Under the pieces are notes generated by a model that ran no database searches, was not told the origin of the DNA, and saw only the letters and a program-made list of their open reading frames with translations. 64,000 nt of DNA. It comes from Chlamydiota bacterium. GTDB lineage: Bacteria; Chlamydiota; Chlamydiia; Chlamydiales; JACKPQ01. Positions 45,468 through 54,057 of this stretch are shown here, piece after piece (within the stretch, counting starts at the first letter, position 1; every line of letters starts with the position of its first letter). Where the stretch lies: the NCBI GenBank assembly GCA_021772435.1, contig JAJFLZ010000025.1, positions 55,502 to 119,501 of the forward strand, given 5' to 3'. Both the position numbers and the translations under genes were made by a program.

Positions 45468-46040
45468 ATGAAACTTTTTTGCTTAACACTTATTTGCGTA
45501 AGTAGTCTTTTTTCAAATACCTCTTGGATACGTAGTCATATTGATGCTTACTCAGATTTTCCTAAGCAAGGAGTTGAGTTTCAATGTTATGCTAAGCTCT
45601 TGGGAGATCCAAAAGCTTTTAAAAAAGTGATTAAAACCTTTGCCGAGCGCTATCAAGACGGGCAAATCGATGCGATTGCTGGACTAGATGCAAGGGGGTT
45701 TACCTTTGGAGCGGCTCTTGCTTATGAGCTTGAGCTTCCTTTCATTATGGTGCGGAAACCTGGAAAATTGCCAGGCGACGTAGAGAAAAAGGCCTACTCG
45801 TTGGAATATGGGCAGAATGTTTTAGAAATTCAAAAAAATAGTATTAAACAAGGGCAAAATGTTCTTGTCATTGACGATTTGATTGCAACTGGAGGAACAG
45901 CAAAAGCAGCATGCGATCTGATCGAAAAAATTGGTGGCAATGTTTATGAGGTTTGTGCGCTTATCGAGTTGCCATTTTTAAAGGGGCGAGACCATATCGG
46001 TTGTCCGGTTTATTCTTTGGTTTCAGTTGACTGTAAATAA
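45468..46040 (+). CDS. apt: Adenine phosphoribosyltransferase with an N-terminal hydrophobic extension
   Basis: 190 aa with DFPKQGVEF, GLDARGFTFGAALA and VLVIDDLIATGGTA. AGGAG lies 6 nt upstream of the ATG. Confidence 0.88.
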   Translation: MKLFCLTLICVSSLFSNTSWIRSHIDAYSDFPKQGVEFQCYAKLLGDPKAFKKVIKTFAERYQDGQIDAIAGLDARGFTFGAALAYELELPFIMVRKPGKLPGDVEKKAYSLEYGQNVLEIQKNSIKQGQNVLVIDDLIATGGTAKAACDLIEKIGGNVYEVCALIELPFLKGRDHIGCPVYSLVSVDCK

Positions 46041-46070
46041 ATAAAATTTAACATTAAACTTTATTTATTT

Positions 46071-46096
46071 AAGATAAAAACTTTTTATCTTTTTTT
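46071..46096 (+). terminator. Weak AT-rich hairpin plus T-run downstream of apt
   Basis: AAGATAAAA-act-TTTTATCTT (46071-46091) followed by TTTTT. The stem is almost entirely A/T, so stability is low. Confidence 0.3.
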
Positions 46097-46110
46097 ATTA
46101 TCCTTGTTTT

Positions 46111-46119
46111 TGTTATAAT
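46111..46119 (+). promoter_or_regulatory. Extended -10 element TGTTATAAT upstream of the orphan gene at 46152
   Basis: It is a perfect TGnTATAAT in a very AT-rich 110-bp spacer. AAAGAGGG (SD) lies 8 nt before the ATG at 46152. Confidence 0.35.
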
Positions 46120-46151
46120 TAATCCGATTTAATTACAAAGAGGGTTTAGTT

Positions 46152-47339
46152 ATGAAAATGCCAAATATTATTTATAATCCGAGTATTGACTTGCCACGCG
46201 ATCCGTCAAAATCGGAAGCTGCGCAATACAAAGGCCAAATGGCTATGAAAGCTTTTGCTTTAGTTCCTGTCGTTGGACGTGTCGCATCATTTACGAGCGG
46301 TTATTTGCAACTCAAAGCATTAAACAGTCAGCTGGCTGCTGCAGAGGGCTGGCAAGACCGCGTCTTAACTATGGGCAGCATGGCAAAAACTGCTGGTTTG
46401 ATTGGAGTAAGCGTTTTAAGTCCAACAGCCGGTGCTGTTGCTAGCGGCTTTTTGGGTTCGTTTTCGCATATGTCAGAGTTTATTAGCCACATGGGAAAAG
46501 GAGAAGTTCCATCCGCTGCTCTCGATGCGTTTAGAATGGGAACAAGCGTTGTTTATATGTGGGCGATGATTTCTGGAAATCCTGTTTACATCGCTCTGTC
46601 ACTTGTTGCACAAGGCTCTGAGGATATCGTTGAAGGTGCTTCTATGCTAATCAAGCAGTGGGATGAAAAGGAAAAAGATTGGACTGTGATTGGTTTAGCT
46701 GGCTTGCAGATGGGTCTTGGCGGTCTTCGCGGCTACCAAGGCGCATCGATAGGTGCTAACTATGCCATGGAAAGAATGCACAAGCCGGAGACTAATCACT
46801 TGAAAAATATGTCAAAGGACACAGGTGATTTAACTCAGGAGCAGCTCGATGTTGTAAACAAGGATTTTGAACATGAAACGGATCGTAAAATTACACATGT
46901 AAAGCTTGGTGAAAGTGGACAGGTTGTCTACGCAGAGTTTACTTCTGATGAGTCATGGCAAACAGGGAAAAGTCAAATTGATTTCAAAAGTCCTGATGAG
47001 ATGACGCTGGATTTTGAAACAAATTATACTGATGCAGAAATTGTAGCAGCATATCCACAGGATCATCCTTTAATTACTAAATTTAAAAGACCTGAAGGAT
47101 TTATGTGGCCAAATGGTCGTCTAGGCTGGGAAGTCCTATCTGTCGATGCAGTTGCAGAAGTACAAGGTGACCATGTGTTGGCAATCGCACATGTTGTCAT
47201 TGATGATTCATGGTATATCAGAGATATTCAAAGTGAATTATCGCTTGGTATTCATAAGAGCTTAGCGGGCGAAAATAAAATGGCTCAGGAGCACTTTGGC
47301 TATTATCAAGATTTGTATTCAGACGGATGGTGTATCTAA
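46152..47339 (+). CDS. Hypothetical membrane-associated protein (orphan)
   Basis: 395 aa. The N-terminal half has several Gly/Ala-rich hydrophobic segments and the C-terminal half is soluble. I recognise no family. Confidence 0.6.
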   Translation: MKMPNIIYNPSIDLPRDPSKSEAAQYKGQMAMKAFALVPVVGRVASFTSGYLQLKALNSQLAAAEGWQDRVLTMGSMAKTAGLIGVSVLSPTAGAVASGFLGSFSHMSEFISHMGKGEVPSAALDAFRMGTSVVYMWAMISGNPVYIALSLVAQGSEDIVEGASMLIKQWDEKEKDWTVIGLAGLQMGLGGLRGYQGASIGANYAMERMHKPETNHLKNMSKDTGDLTQEQLDVVNKDFEHETDRKITHVKLGESGQVVYAEFTSDESWQTGKSQIDFKSPDEMTLDFETNYTDAEIVAAYPQDHPLITKFKRPEGFMWPNGRLGWEVLSVDAVAEVQGDHVLAIAHVVIDDSWYIRDIQSELSLGIHKSLAGENKMAQEHFGYYQDLYSDGWCI

Positions 47340-47349
47340 TTTAAATAGC

Positions 47350-47658
47350 ATGAGTATTCAAGGTTTATCATCATATTACCATTCAACACTTAGGCATTTG
47401 CCTGAGATGACAAGAGCTGCGGCGATTGGCTACCAATTTTATGCCATGAGCGGGCTTGAGGCGAATAGCGTTGAGCTTGCTGTTCGTTCATCGGTGGTTG
47501 CTCTATATGCGACGTCTGCAGAACTTGGTGATTATGCAGCCACAGTGAGCCAAGTTGGCTTTAGCATACAAAATGCAGCAGAAAGTCTGTCACAAGGCGA
47601 TACTGTAAGCACCAGTCTTGCATTGGGTAGCGCGCTATATAATTATTATTTTATTTAA
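47350..47658 (+). CDS. Hypothetical small protein (orphan)
   Basis: The ATG at 47350 (MSIQGLSSYYH...) gives about 102 aa. It follows the previous gene after 10 nt. The track ORF begins at 47296. Confidence 0.45.
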   Translation: MSIQGLSSYYHSTLRHLPEMTRAAAIGYQFYAMSGLEANSVELAVRSSVVALYATSAELGDYAATVSQVGFSIQNAAESLSQGDTVSTSLALGSALYNYYFI

Positions 47659-48628
47659 TTGATTGTTTGATAATCCGGACAATGTTTTCTAAGCCGTCGC
47701 CTGTATAGGCTGAGACGGAGAAAATATTGTCTTTTTTGTGCTTGGATTTGAAGGCGACAGCGGCAGGTTCGGTGTCTTCAATGTCGGTTTTATTCAGGAG
47801 GATGTAGTAGGGCTTTTGTAGCATGTCGGCGTTGTAGTTTTGGATTTCACGCTGGAGGGTGAGGAAGTCTTGGTAGGGGTCTTCTTTGGTTAGGTCGATG
47901 ACGTAGAGAAGGGTGGTGGTGCGCTCGATGTGGCGTAGGAATTCTAGCCCAAGGCCACGGTTTTCAGAGGCGTTTTCGATGATTCCTGGGATGTCGGCGA
48001 TGAAGGCACGTGTGTAGTCGTCGAATTGGATGAAGCTTAAAGCAGGTTTAAGTGTGGTGAAGGGGTAGGGAGCGGCTTTTGAGTCGCGGGTTGTGAGAGA
48101 GGAGAAGAGCGTGGATTTACCCGCATTGGGAAAGCCAACAAGACCAATGTCGGCGATGAGTTTAAGCTCGAGCTCAACGTTGCACTCGGTACCGGGCTGA
48201 CCAGGCGAGGCGAAGTTAGGCGCTTGGCGCGTCGATGTTTTAAAGTTATGATTACCAAGACCGCCGCTGCCGCCTTTGCAAAGCTTGATTTCTTGTCCAT
48301 GGGCAGTCAGATCGTGTAAGATTTCGTTTGTTTCAGGGTCTTTGATGAGAGTTCCACAGGGGACTTCGATGATGAGGTTTTTGCCAAGGCGTCCTTGACG
48401 GCAGTTAGGACCGCCCATTTGGCCGTTTTCAGCAGATAGGATGCGTTTGTTGCGGTAGTGGTCAAGAGAGGGGACGTTGGTGGTAGCACGGACGATGACT
48501 GATCCGCCAGGGCCGCCGTTACCGCCGTAGGGACCGCCTTTGGGTAGATATTTTTCACGACGCCAGGCAACGCAGCCATTGCCGCCTTTGCCAGCTTTTA
48601 AGTTAAGTCGTATGTGGTCGACAAACAT
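47651..48628 (-). CDS. obg: GTPase Obg/CgtA
   Basis: 325 aa with MFVDHIRLNLKAGKGGNGCVAWRREKY, a glycine-rich Obg fold, and GFPNAGKST. Confidence 0.95.
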   Translation of the reverse strand: MFVDHIRLNLKAGKGGNGCVAWRREKYLPKGGPYGGNGGPGGSVIVRATTNVPSLDHYRNKRILSAENGQMGGPNCRQGRLGKNLIIEVPCGTLIKDPETNEILHDLTAHGQEIKLCKGGSGGLGNHNFKTSTRQAPNFASPGQPGTECNVELELKLIADIGLVGFPNAGKSTLFSSLTTRDSKAAPYPFTTLKPALSFIQFDDYTRAFIADIPGIIENASENRGLGLEFLRHIERTTTLLYVIDLTKEDPYQDFLTLQREIQNYNADMLQKPYYILLNKTDIEDTEPAAVAFKSKHKKDNIFSVSAYTGDGLENIVRIIKQSIK

Positions 48629-48642
48629 GGTAATTCAATTTT

Positions 48643-48894
48643 TTATTGGGGTGGTACAACAGAGACGCTTGTCACTTTGCTGCTGCGGTATTTTACTACG
48701 CCATCACTTAGTGCAAAGAGTGTATCGTCACGGCCACGGCCAACGTTTTTTGCTGGATGCCATTTGGTGCCACGTTGGCGCACAATGATAGCTCCTGCTC
48801 TAACTGTCTGCCCATCAGCGATTTTAATGCCAAGGCGCTGAGCGTTCGAATCGCGTCCGTTGCGAGACGATCCTTGTCCTTTTTTATGTGCCAT
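48643..48894 (-). CDS. rpmA: 50S ribosomal protein L27
   Basis: 83 aa with [24 protein letters not shown]. Confidence 0.97.
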   Translation of the reverse strand: MAHKKGQGSSRNGRDSNAQRLGIKIADGQTVRAGAIIVRQRGTKWHPAKNVGRGRDDTLFALSDGVVKYRSSKVTSVSVVPPQ

Positions 48895-49214
48895 TATTTT
48901 CCTCCGCTAAGGGCGATTTTGGTGATTTTAACTCTAGAGTAGCGCTGACGGTGACCGACTTTACGGTGACTGTTTTTGCGTCTTTTGTATTTGAAATTGA
49001 TAACTTTTTGACCTTTGGCCTCGCCAAGAAGTGTGCCTTGAACAGCGCAGCCAGTCAGGTAAGGGGTGCCAATTTGAATGGAGGTGCCATCGTTGATGAA
49101 GAGAACTTGGTCAAATTGGATAGCATCACCTTCAGCGTGGAGAAGCTCAACATCGATGGTGTCGCCTTCTTCGACGCGAACTTGCTTACCACCGGTTTCG
49201 ATAATTGCGTACAT
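48894..49214 (-). CDS. rplU: 50S ribosomal protein L21
   Basis: 106 aa with [18 protein letters not shown]. There is a TAATG junction with rpmA. Confidence 0.97.
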   Translation of the reverse strand: MYAIIETGGKQVRVEEGDTIDVELLHAEGDAIQFDQVLFINDGTSIQIGTPYLTGCAVQGTLLGEAKGQKVINFKYKRRKNSHRKVGHRQRYSRVKITKIALSGGK

Positions 49215-49242
49215 GCGTGTACTCCTTTTTTTAGATGTCCAG

Positions 49243-49270
49243 CATATAACAATTACAAGGGTAAAGTCAA
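49243..49270 (-). promoter_or_regulatory. Candidate promoter of rplU-rpmA-obg
   Basis: On the minus strand: TTGACT (49265-49270), a 16-nt spacer, then TATATG (49243-49248). AAGGAG precedes the rplU ATG. Confidence 0.35.
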
Positions 49271-49277
49271 GAGTGAT

Positions 49278-50090
49278 TTAAATCGTAGTGTATTTTTTAA
49301 TTGATAGGGATAGTAAATAGGCTGCCGTGGCAGTCAAGGCAATGGTTGCACCTGGTGGCCAATCGAGTCCATACGATAGGCTTAAGCCTACACCTGTAAA
49401 GAGGATTCCAAGGAGGCTGGCAAGGCACATCATGCGCGGCAAGTGAAAGGTGAAGCGGCCTGCAATTGCTGCTGGCAAACAGAGCATGGCGATGACTAAA
49501 ATTGCCCCGACGATTTGGATGAGTAGCACAGTTGTAATAGCGACTAAGCATAATAAAAATATGTAGAGCGGCGTTGTGGCAATGCGTTGCAGTTTGGCTT
49601 GCTCTTCATCAAAGCAAATCGCTAGCAGTTTGCGATGCAATGCTAGAACCGAGACGATGATGATGCTATCGACGATAACGAGCATGATAATATCGGTTTT
49701 GTTTACCCATAAAATGTTGCCGAATAGAAAGCCAAAGATTTCGCTGGTGCTCCCAGGCGTGAGAGATAGAAAGATGACGCCAAGTGCCATGCCAGAGGCC
49801 CAGAGGGCTCCGATAACGGTGTCTTCACGCTCTTTGAAGCGCAGTGTAATCCAGCCAATTAGAATTGCAGATAGGATGGCAAAGACAAAAGCTCCAACGA
49901 GTGGGGAGAGCCAGGGCAGGTTGAATGTGCGCTGCAAATAAAGCGATAGACCCAGCCCGCCAAAGACGGCGTGAGAGATGCTGCCGCTGATAAAAACAAT
50001 CCTTTTAATCACGACGTAGGAGCCAATGATGCCGCCGGCAATGGAGGCGAGAGCGCCACCGATAAAGGCTAGAATCAAGAATAAACTCAT
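49278..50090 (-). CDS. Metal (Zn/Mn/Fe) ABC transporter permease, ZnuB/TroC family
   Basis: The likely start is MSLFLILAFIGG at 50090 (ATGA overlap with the ATPase stop). The polytopic ABC-3 family pattern is present. Confidence 0.88.
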   Translation of the reverse strand: MSLFLILAFIGGALASIAGGIIGSYVVIKRIVFISGSISHAVFGGLGLSLYLQRTFNLPWLSPLVGAFVFAILSAILIGWITLRFKEREDTVIGALWASGMALGVIFLSLTPGSTSEIFGFLFGNILWVNKTDIIMLVIVDSIIIVSVLALHRKLLAICFDEEQAKLQRIATTPLYIFLLCLVAITTVLLIQIVGAILVIAMLCLPAAIAGRFTFHLPRMMCLASLLGILFTGVGLSLSYGLDWPPGATIALTATAAYLLSLSIKKYTTI

Positions 50091-50761
50091 GATTTGTCCT
50101 TTCCTAGAAGCGGTTTGTGGTATAGTCCCATCGCAAAGTGCTCGCAAACATCTTTTGGCATGGTAGGTGTAATGGTGCCTTGCACGAGCAAGATGCGGTC
50201 AACCTCTTTGATGATGGTTTGCAAATCGTGCGATACCATCAAAATGGTTATGTCTTTTTTGAGTTTTTTCAGCAGGGTATGGATGTCTTCTTGCGCCCCC
50301 GTGTCGAGATTGGCTGTGGGCTCGTCGAGGAGGAGGAGTTTGGGTTTTGAAACTAGTGCTCTTGCAATTAGAGCTCTTTGTAGTTGGCCGCCTGAGAGCG
50401 CAGCAAAGGATTTGTCTGCATACGAGCTTAGTCCGACTTCTTCTAGTGCTTGGATGGCTCCAGGTTTCCAGTTACGCGTTTTAAGTAGGCCAAGGCCCAC
50501 GAGCTCTAGAACTGAGATAGGGAATTTACGATCGTGGATGCGCCCTTGTGGAACATGCGCGGGACAGTCTTCACTCATAAGTATGGAGCCAGAGGTAGGT
50601 TTTATAAAACCTAAAATCAGTTTTAGAAGCGTTGTTTTTCCGCCGCCATTTGGGCCGATAATCCCGACGTACTCACCTGTTTCAATTTTAAAATTTACAT
50701 CTTTTAAGACAGGGATATCTTCGTAGGCAAAAGAAACGCCTTTAAATTCAATCATTGGCAA
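50087..50761 (-). CDS. Metal ABC transporter ATP-binding protein, ZnuC/TroB family
   Basis: 224 aa with Walker A GPNGGGKTT, signature LSGGQLQR and Walker B LLLLDEP. Confidence 0.9.
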   Translation of the reverse strand: MPMIEFKGVSFAYEDIPVLKDVNFKIETGEYVGIIGPNGGGKTTLLKLILGFIKPTSGSILMSEDCPAHVPQGRIHDRKFPISVLELVGLGLLKTRNWKPGAIQALEEVGLSSYADKSFAALSGGQLQRALIARALVSKPKLLLLDEPTANLDTGAQEDIHTLLKKLKKDITILMVSHDLQTIIKEVDRILLVQGTITPTMPKDVCEHFAMGLYHKPLLGKDKS

Positions 50762-51557
50762 TTAGGTTAGCTAGGTGGTCCATGTTGTAAAGAAAATCCT
50801 CTGCTAAGGGATTGAAAGAGAAGACTGGAAGGTGCATTCTTTCAGCGATTAAGCTGGTGCCTTTGTTGTTACCTTGAGGTACAGTGAAAGCGCAGCGGAA
50901 CTTAGTTGATTTAGTCATCTCAAAAATGACTTGAATTTGCACTGGAATGGGGTTTTTGCCTTCTGCTTCGACAGGAACTTGCACGAGGTTGTAGTCGTTG
51001 CAAAAATAGCCAAAGGAAGCATGGGCTACAAGCAGCGCCTGGCCATGGTAAGGCATAAGTTCTCTAAAAATCTTTTGATCTAGGGTGTCGAGTTTTTTGG
51101 TAAGATCTAGAGCGTTGTTTTTGATTTGTAGGGCCTGGCTTGGCACGATTTTAGCGATGGCCTCGGAGATGACAATGGCTTGTTTTTTCATGAGTCTTAA
51201 ACTCATCCAAATATGCCGATCACCAGTCCCAGTTTGAATGACCGAGGCCAAATCAAGCACTTCGGCTCTCGGATTTGCTGATTTCATGACATGCGTGACG
51301 CGCGCTTCAAACGGCTCGCCCACTCCAACCCAAAGAGCTGCTCGCTCGACTTGTTTCATTTGTTTAGGTGTTGGCTCAAAGGTGTGAGGGTTGTCGTCTT
51401 CTTGAAGAAATGAGATGACGTCGACAGCATCACCAGCAAGCTCCTTGACGATTTCGACATAGGGAGGAATGCTAACGATGACTAGGGGTTTGTTGCTAAC
51501 GGGTCTACCTGTGCAAGCGGTTATCAAAGCTATGATGCAAATAAGGAGTGCTCTCAT
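50748..51557 (-). CDS. Metal ABC transporter substrate-binding lipoprotein, ZnuA/TroA (cluster 9) family
   Basis: 269 aa with lipobox LITAC and NPHTFEPTPKQ. Confidence 0.85.
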   Translation of the reverse strand: MRALLICIIALITACTGRPVSNKPLVIVSIPPYVEIVKELAGDAVDVISFLQEDDNPHTFEPTPKQMKQVERAALWVGVGEPFEARVTHVMKSANPRAEVLDLASVIQTGTGDRHIWMSLRLMKKQAIVISEAIAKIVPSQALQIKNNALDLTKKLDTLDQKIFRELMPYHGQALLVAHASFGYFCNDYNLVQVPVEAEGKNPIPVQIQVIFEMTKSTKFRCAFTVPQGNNKGTSLIAERMHLPVFSFNPLAEDFLYNMDHLANLIAND

Positions 51558-51621
51558 AGATTACAGTATGCTTAAAAAATTGCTACAAATCAAGTTTTTG
51601 ATGTTGTAACTTTGTTTACAT

Positions 51622-51981
51622 ATGAAAAAATATCGATTTCATCATCTGGGAATTCCGACAGATGAGAAAAAAGATGGTGAAGAGCTCCATGAAATGCTCG
51701 GTTTTAGGTTTTATGCTACACCATATGGAGCGAATCCGTACGGCGTGCAGTGGCATAGGTTTCCAGAGGGTCATGGCTTCCCAGAGATTGTAACGAAGGT
51801 CCCACATCTTGCTTTTCAAGTGGATGATTTGGATGAGGTACTTGAGGGGAAGAAGATTTTGTTTGGGCCGCATGAGCCTATTTCTGGCTACCGGTGCGCA
51901 ATGGTCGAAGATGACGGTTTGCCTGTTGAGTTTGTCGAAACTAGCCTATCTGATGAAGATTTAGAAGAGCTCGATAGTTAA
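51622..51981 (+). CDS. VOC (glyoxalase/bleomycin-resistance fold) family protein
   Basis: 119 aa with YRFHHLGIPT...PHLAFQVDDLDE. This is a tentative fold call. Confidence 0.6.
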   Translation: MKKYRFHHLGIPTDEKKDGEELHEMLGFRFYATPYGANPYGVQWHRFPEGHGFPEIVTKVPHLAFQVDDLDEVLEGKKILFGPHEPISGYRCAMVEDDGLPVEFVETSLSDEDLEELDS

Positions 51982-51996
51982 TTATTTAATACCCGT

Positions 51997-52025
51997 TTGT
52001 CAATTTTGGTCGGGTGTGCTATACT
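51997..52025 (+). promoter_or_regulatory. Candidate promoter of tRNA-Ser
   Basis: TTGTCA (51997-52002), an exact 17-nt spacer, then TATACT (52020-52025). It ends 13 nt before the tRNA 5' end. Confidence 0.5.
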
Positions 52026-52038
52026 CGCCTATTCTCCT

Positions 52039-52125
52039 GGAGGAGTGTCCGAGTGGCCGAAGGAGCACGATTGGAAGTCGTGTATACGTGAAAACGTATC
52101 GTGGGTTCGAATCCCACTTCCTCCG
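52039..52125 (+). tRNA. tRNA-Ser (anticodon GGA)
   Basis: 87 nt: GGAGGAG acceptor stem, anticodon stem-loop CACGA-TTGGAAG-TCGTG, long variable arm TATACGTGAAAACGTATC, T arm GTGGG-TTCGAAT-CCCAC. Confidence 0.95.
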
Positions 52126-52171
52126 AAATTTTTTCTGGAAATAAAAGATTTACGTAGCTAGAAGGGTGCTT

Positions 52172-52630
52172 ATGCAATGTCCATTTTGCCACACCGTTGA
52201 ATCGAAGGTTACAGATTCTAGAGACGCCCCAGAGATGAACGCTATTAAACGGCGCCGTCAGTGTTTGGAGTGTGAGAAGCGTTTTACAACGTTTGAAACG
52301 ATCGATCTGACGATTCAAGTGAAAAAACGGGACGGTGGCTATGAGGATTTCCAGACGGGTAAGTTGATTAGAGGATTAGATGCAGCCTGTCGTCACACGC
52401 GCATTAGCCACGATAAGGTTAGGGCGCTAGCTTCTGAGGTTGCAGCGGAATTGATGGAGAAGCAATTGCGTGAAATTAGTACCACACAGCTAGGAGAACT
52501 CGTCATGGATCATTTGAAGAAGCTCGATATGGTTGCCTACATTCGATTTGCGTGTGTGTACAGAAGGTTTAAGGATGTAGATGAGCTGATGGATGCTTTG
52601 AGTTTGGCGTCCCCAGAGGAGAAAAGATGA
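52172..52630 (+). CDS. nrdR: Transcriptional repressor NrdR
   Basis: MQCPFCHTVESKVTDSRD...RRRQCLECEKRFTTFE zinc ribbon plus an ATP-cone. The track ORF starts 2 codons earlier. Confidence 0.92.
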   Translation: MQCPFCHTVESKVTDSRDAPEMNAIKRRRQCLECEKRFTTFETIDLTIQVKKRDGGYEDFQTGKLIRGLDAACRHTRISHDKVRALASEVAAELMEKQLREISTTQLGELVMDHLKKLDMVAYIRFACVYRRFKDVDELMDALSLASPEEKR

Positions 52631-52989
52631 AGAAAAGCGATATCGAAAAAATTAAACAACGTCTTTTAAAGATGCGAGAGCAGATTGTTAATCAAGTGCG
52701 CGAAGCATCAGAAGATGTTAAGTCTGTGGATGAGGTGAAAGGTTATTCTCAACATCAAGCAGATGAGGGCACTGATGATTTTAATCGAACGATTAGTTTG
52801 TCAGTTTCGAGCAAAGAACAAGAGATTTTACGCCAAATCGATCGCGCACTAGAAAAGATCGATGAGGGTACTTATGGCGTTTGCGATGTGACAGGAAAAC
52901 CTATTCCTGCTAAACGGTTAGAAGCGCTTCCTTATGCAGCGATGACTGTTGAGGCGCAAGAGCAAGTAGAAAAAGGATTATTATCATGA
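52627..52989 (+). CDS. dksA: DksA/TraR-family protein, Cys-poor (zinc-independent type) variant
   Basis: 120 aa with a coiled-coil region and C-terminal YGVCDVTGKPIPAKRLEALPYAAMTVEAQ. Only 1 of the 4 canonical Cys positions is retained. Confidence 0.8.
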   Translation: MKKSDIEKIKQRLLKMREQIVNQVREASEDVKSVDEVKGYSQHQADEGTDDFNRTISLSVSSKEQEILRQIDRALEKIDEGTYGVCDVTGKPIPAKRLEALPYAAMTVEAQEQVEKGLLS

Positions 52990-53495
52990 AAAGAGCCCTG
53001 CCGTTTGTTTTGTTGTTTGTTTTACTCCTGGGTGCAGATGCTGCGTCTAAGTGGTGGATTCAAGAGTCATTTGTGCAGATGCCGTTTGCGTCTCACGGAT
53101 ACCCATATGGGGGTATAGGAGTATTCAAGGATTTTTTCGGTATTGAGTGCTCCCTTGTGCATGTATGGAATAGAGGTGCTGCTTGGGGCTCTTTTGCCGG
53201 CGCTTACACGCTTTTGCTGGTTTTACGCATTGTGGTAAGCGTAGCTTTAGCCATCTATTTATTTGTTTGCAAAAGACCTGCACAATCCACTTTGCCCCTC
53301 ACACTCATTTTGTTTGGTGCCGTTGGTAATATCGCCGATTGTTTCTTGTACAACCATGTCATCGACATGATTCATTTAAAATTTTGGGGCTGGTCATACC
53401 CTGTCTTTAATTTAGCAGACGCTGCTATTTGTATTGGGGCTCTTTGGCTGGCTGTTCAGTCTTGGCGCTCTCGTGAACGTATCGAAGTGGCTTAA
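52986..53495 (+). CDS. lspA: Lipoprotein signal peptidase II
   Basis: 169 aa with NRGAAWG and FNLADAAI. Confidence 0.9.
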   Translation: MKRALPFVLLFVLLLGADAASKWWIQESFVQMPFASHGYPYGGIGVFKDFFGIECSLVHVWNRGAAWGSFAGAYTLLLVLRIVVSVALAIYLFVCKRPAQSTLPLTLILFGAVGNIADCFLYNHVIDMIHLKFWGWSYPVFNLADAAICIGALWLAVQSWRSRERIEVA

Positions 53496-54057
53496 GGTTT
53501 ATGCGCTATTAGAAGTAGCCGAGTTAAAAGAATTGCTTGGGGACTCGTGCCTCTATAATGTCTCTGAAGTTTTGACAAATCCCGGTGCGCTCATCGATAA
53601 TAATAGGTTTTTTGCAGCGTACGCAGCGTATGTCGAATCGCTTAAGACTGGGAAAAAACCTGTGATTGATCGCCATTTGTTTTCAGCAGCTATCTCGAAG
53701 GAACCGGTGCCTATTTGTGACCTTGGTAAGGGACGTTTTATCGCTAAGCCTGATAAGCCTGTTATCCAGATGCAACCACATGCTTTTGTGATAGCGGGTG
53801 GTAAGTGCTTATCGATGGTGCACGGAGAGGAAAGCATTAGTTGGGGTTTGCAGTTTGCCTACCCACAAATTGCGATGGACGCGGCTGGCCATTTGGAGAA
53901 AACGCTTCGAACAACTGAAAATGGCGCGCTATTTTTGAGTTTGCAAAAATGGATGCGTGAGAATACTAAACCCGCAAAGCTCACTATCGATGGCAAGCAA
54001 ATGAATGTATCTATCCGCTTAGGTAAGCAATGGACGGGGAGGCTTCCTCATGATTGA
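53434..54057 (+). CDS. Hypothetical protein (start uncertain)
   Basis: The track ORF starts at a TTG inside lspA. Alternative in-frame starts are GTG 53473 and a TTG near 53531. I recognise no motif. Confidence 0.5.
   Translation: MGLFGWLFSLGALVNVSKWLKVYALLEVAELKELLGDSCLYNVSEVLTNPGALIDNNRFFAAYAAYVESLKTGKKPVIDRHLFSAAISKEPVPICDLGKGRFIAKPDKPVIQMQPHAFVIAGGKCLSMVHGEESISWGLQFAYPQIAMDAAGHLEKTLRTTENGALFLSLQKWMRENTKPAKLTIDGKQMNVSIRLGKQWTGRLPHD

Noticed and set aside
50094-50726. 210-aa ORF antisense to the ABC ATPase, and similar long antisense ORFs such as 55893..56408, 27454..27909, 20111..20536 and 23801..24202
   Set aside because: The opposite strand carries unmistakable family motifs (Walker A/B, SpoU, GpmA, GlgP, PiT). 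The antisense translations are low-complexity Ser/Arg/Pro-rich, as is typical of shadow ORFs.
51558-51621. Short inverted repeat TGTAA-ctttgt-TTACA as a metalloregulator operator between the znuA-like operon and the VOC gene
   Set aside because: The arms are only 5 bp in an AT-rich spacer, so chance occurrence is likely. No regulator gene is adjacent.
52019-52318. 99-aa minus-strand ORF
   Set aside because: It runs antisense across tRNA-Ser and the start of nrdR. Both of those features are much better supported.
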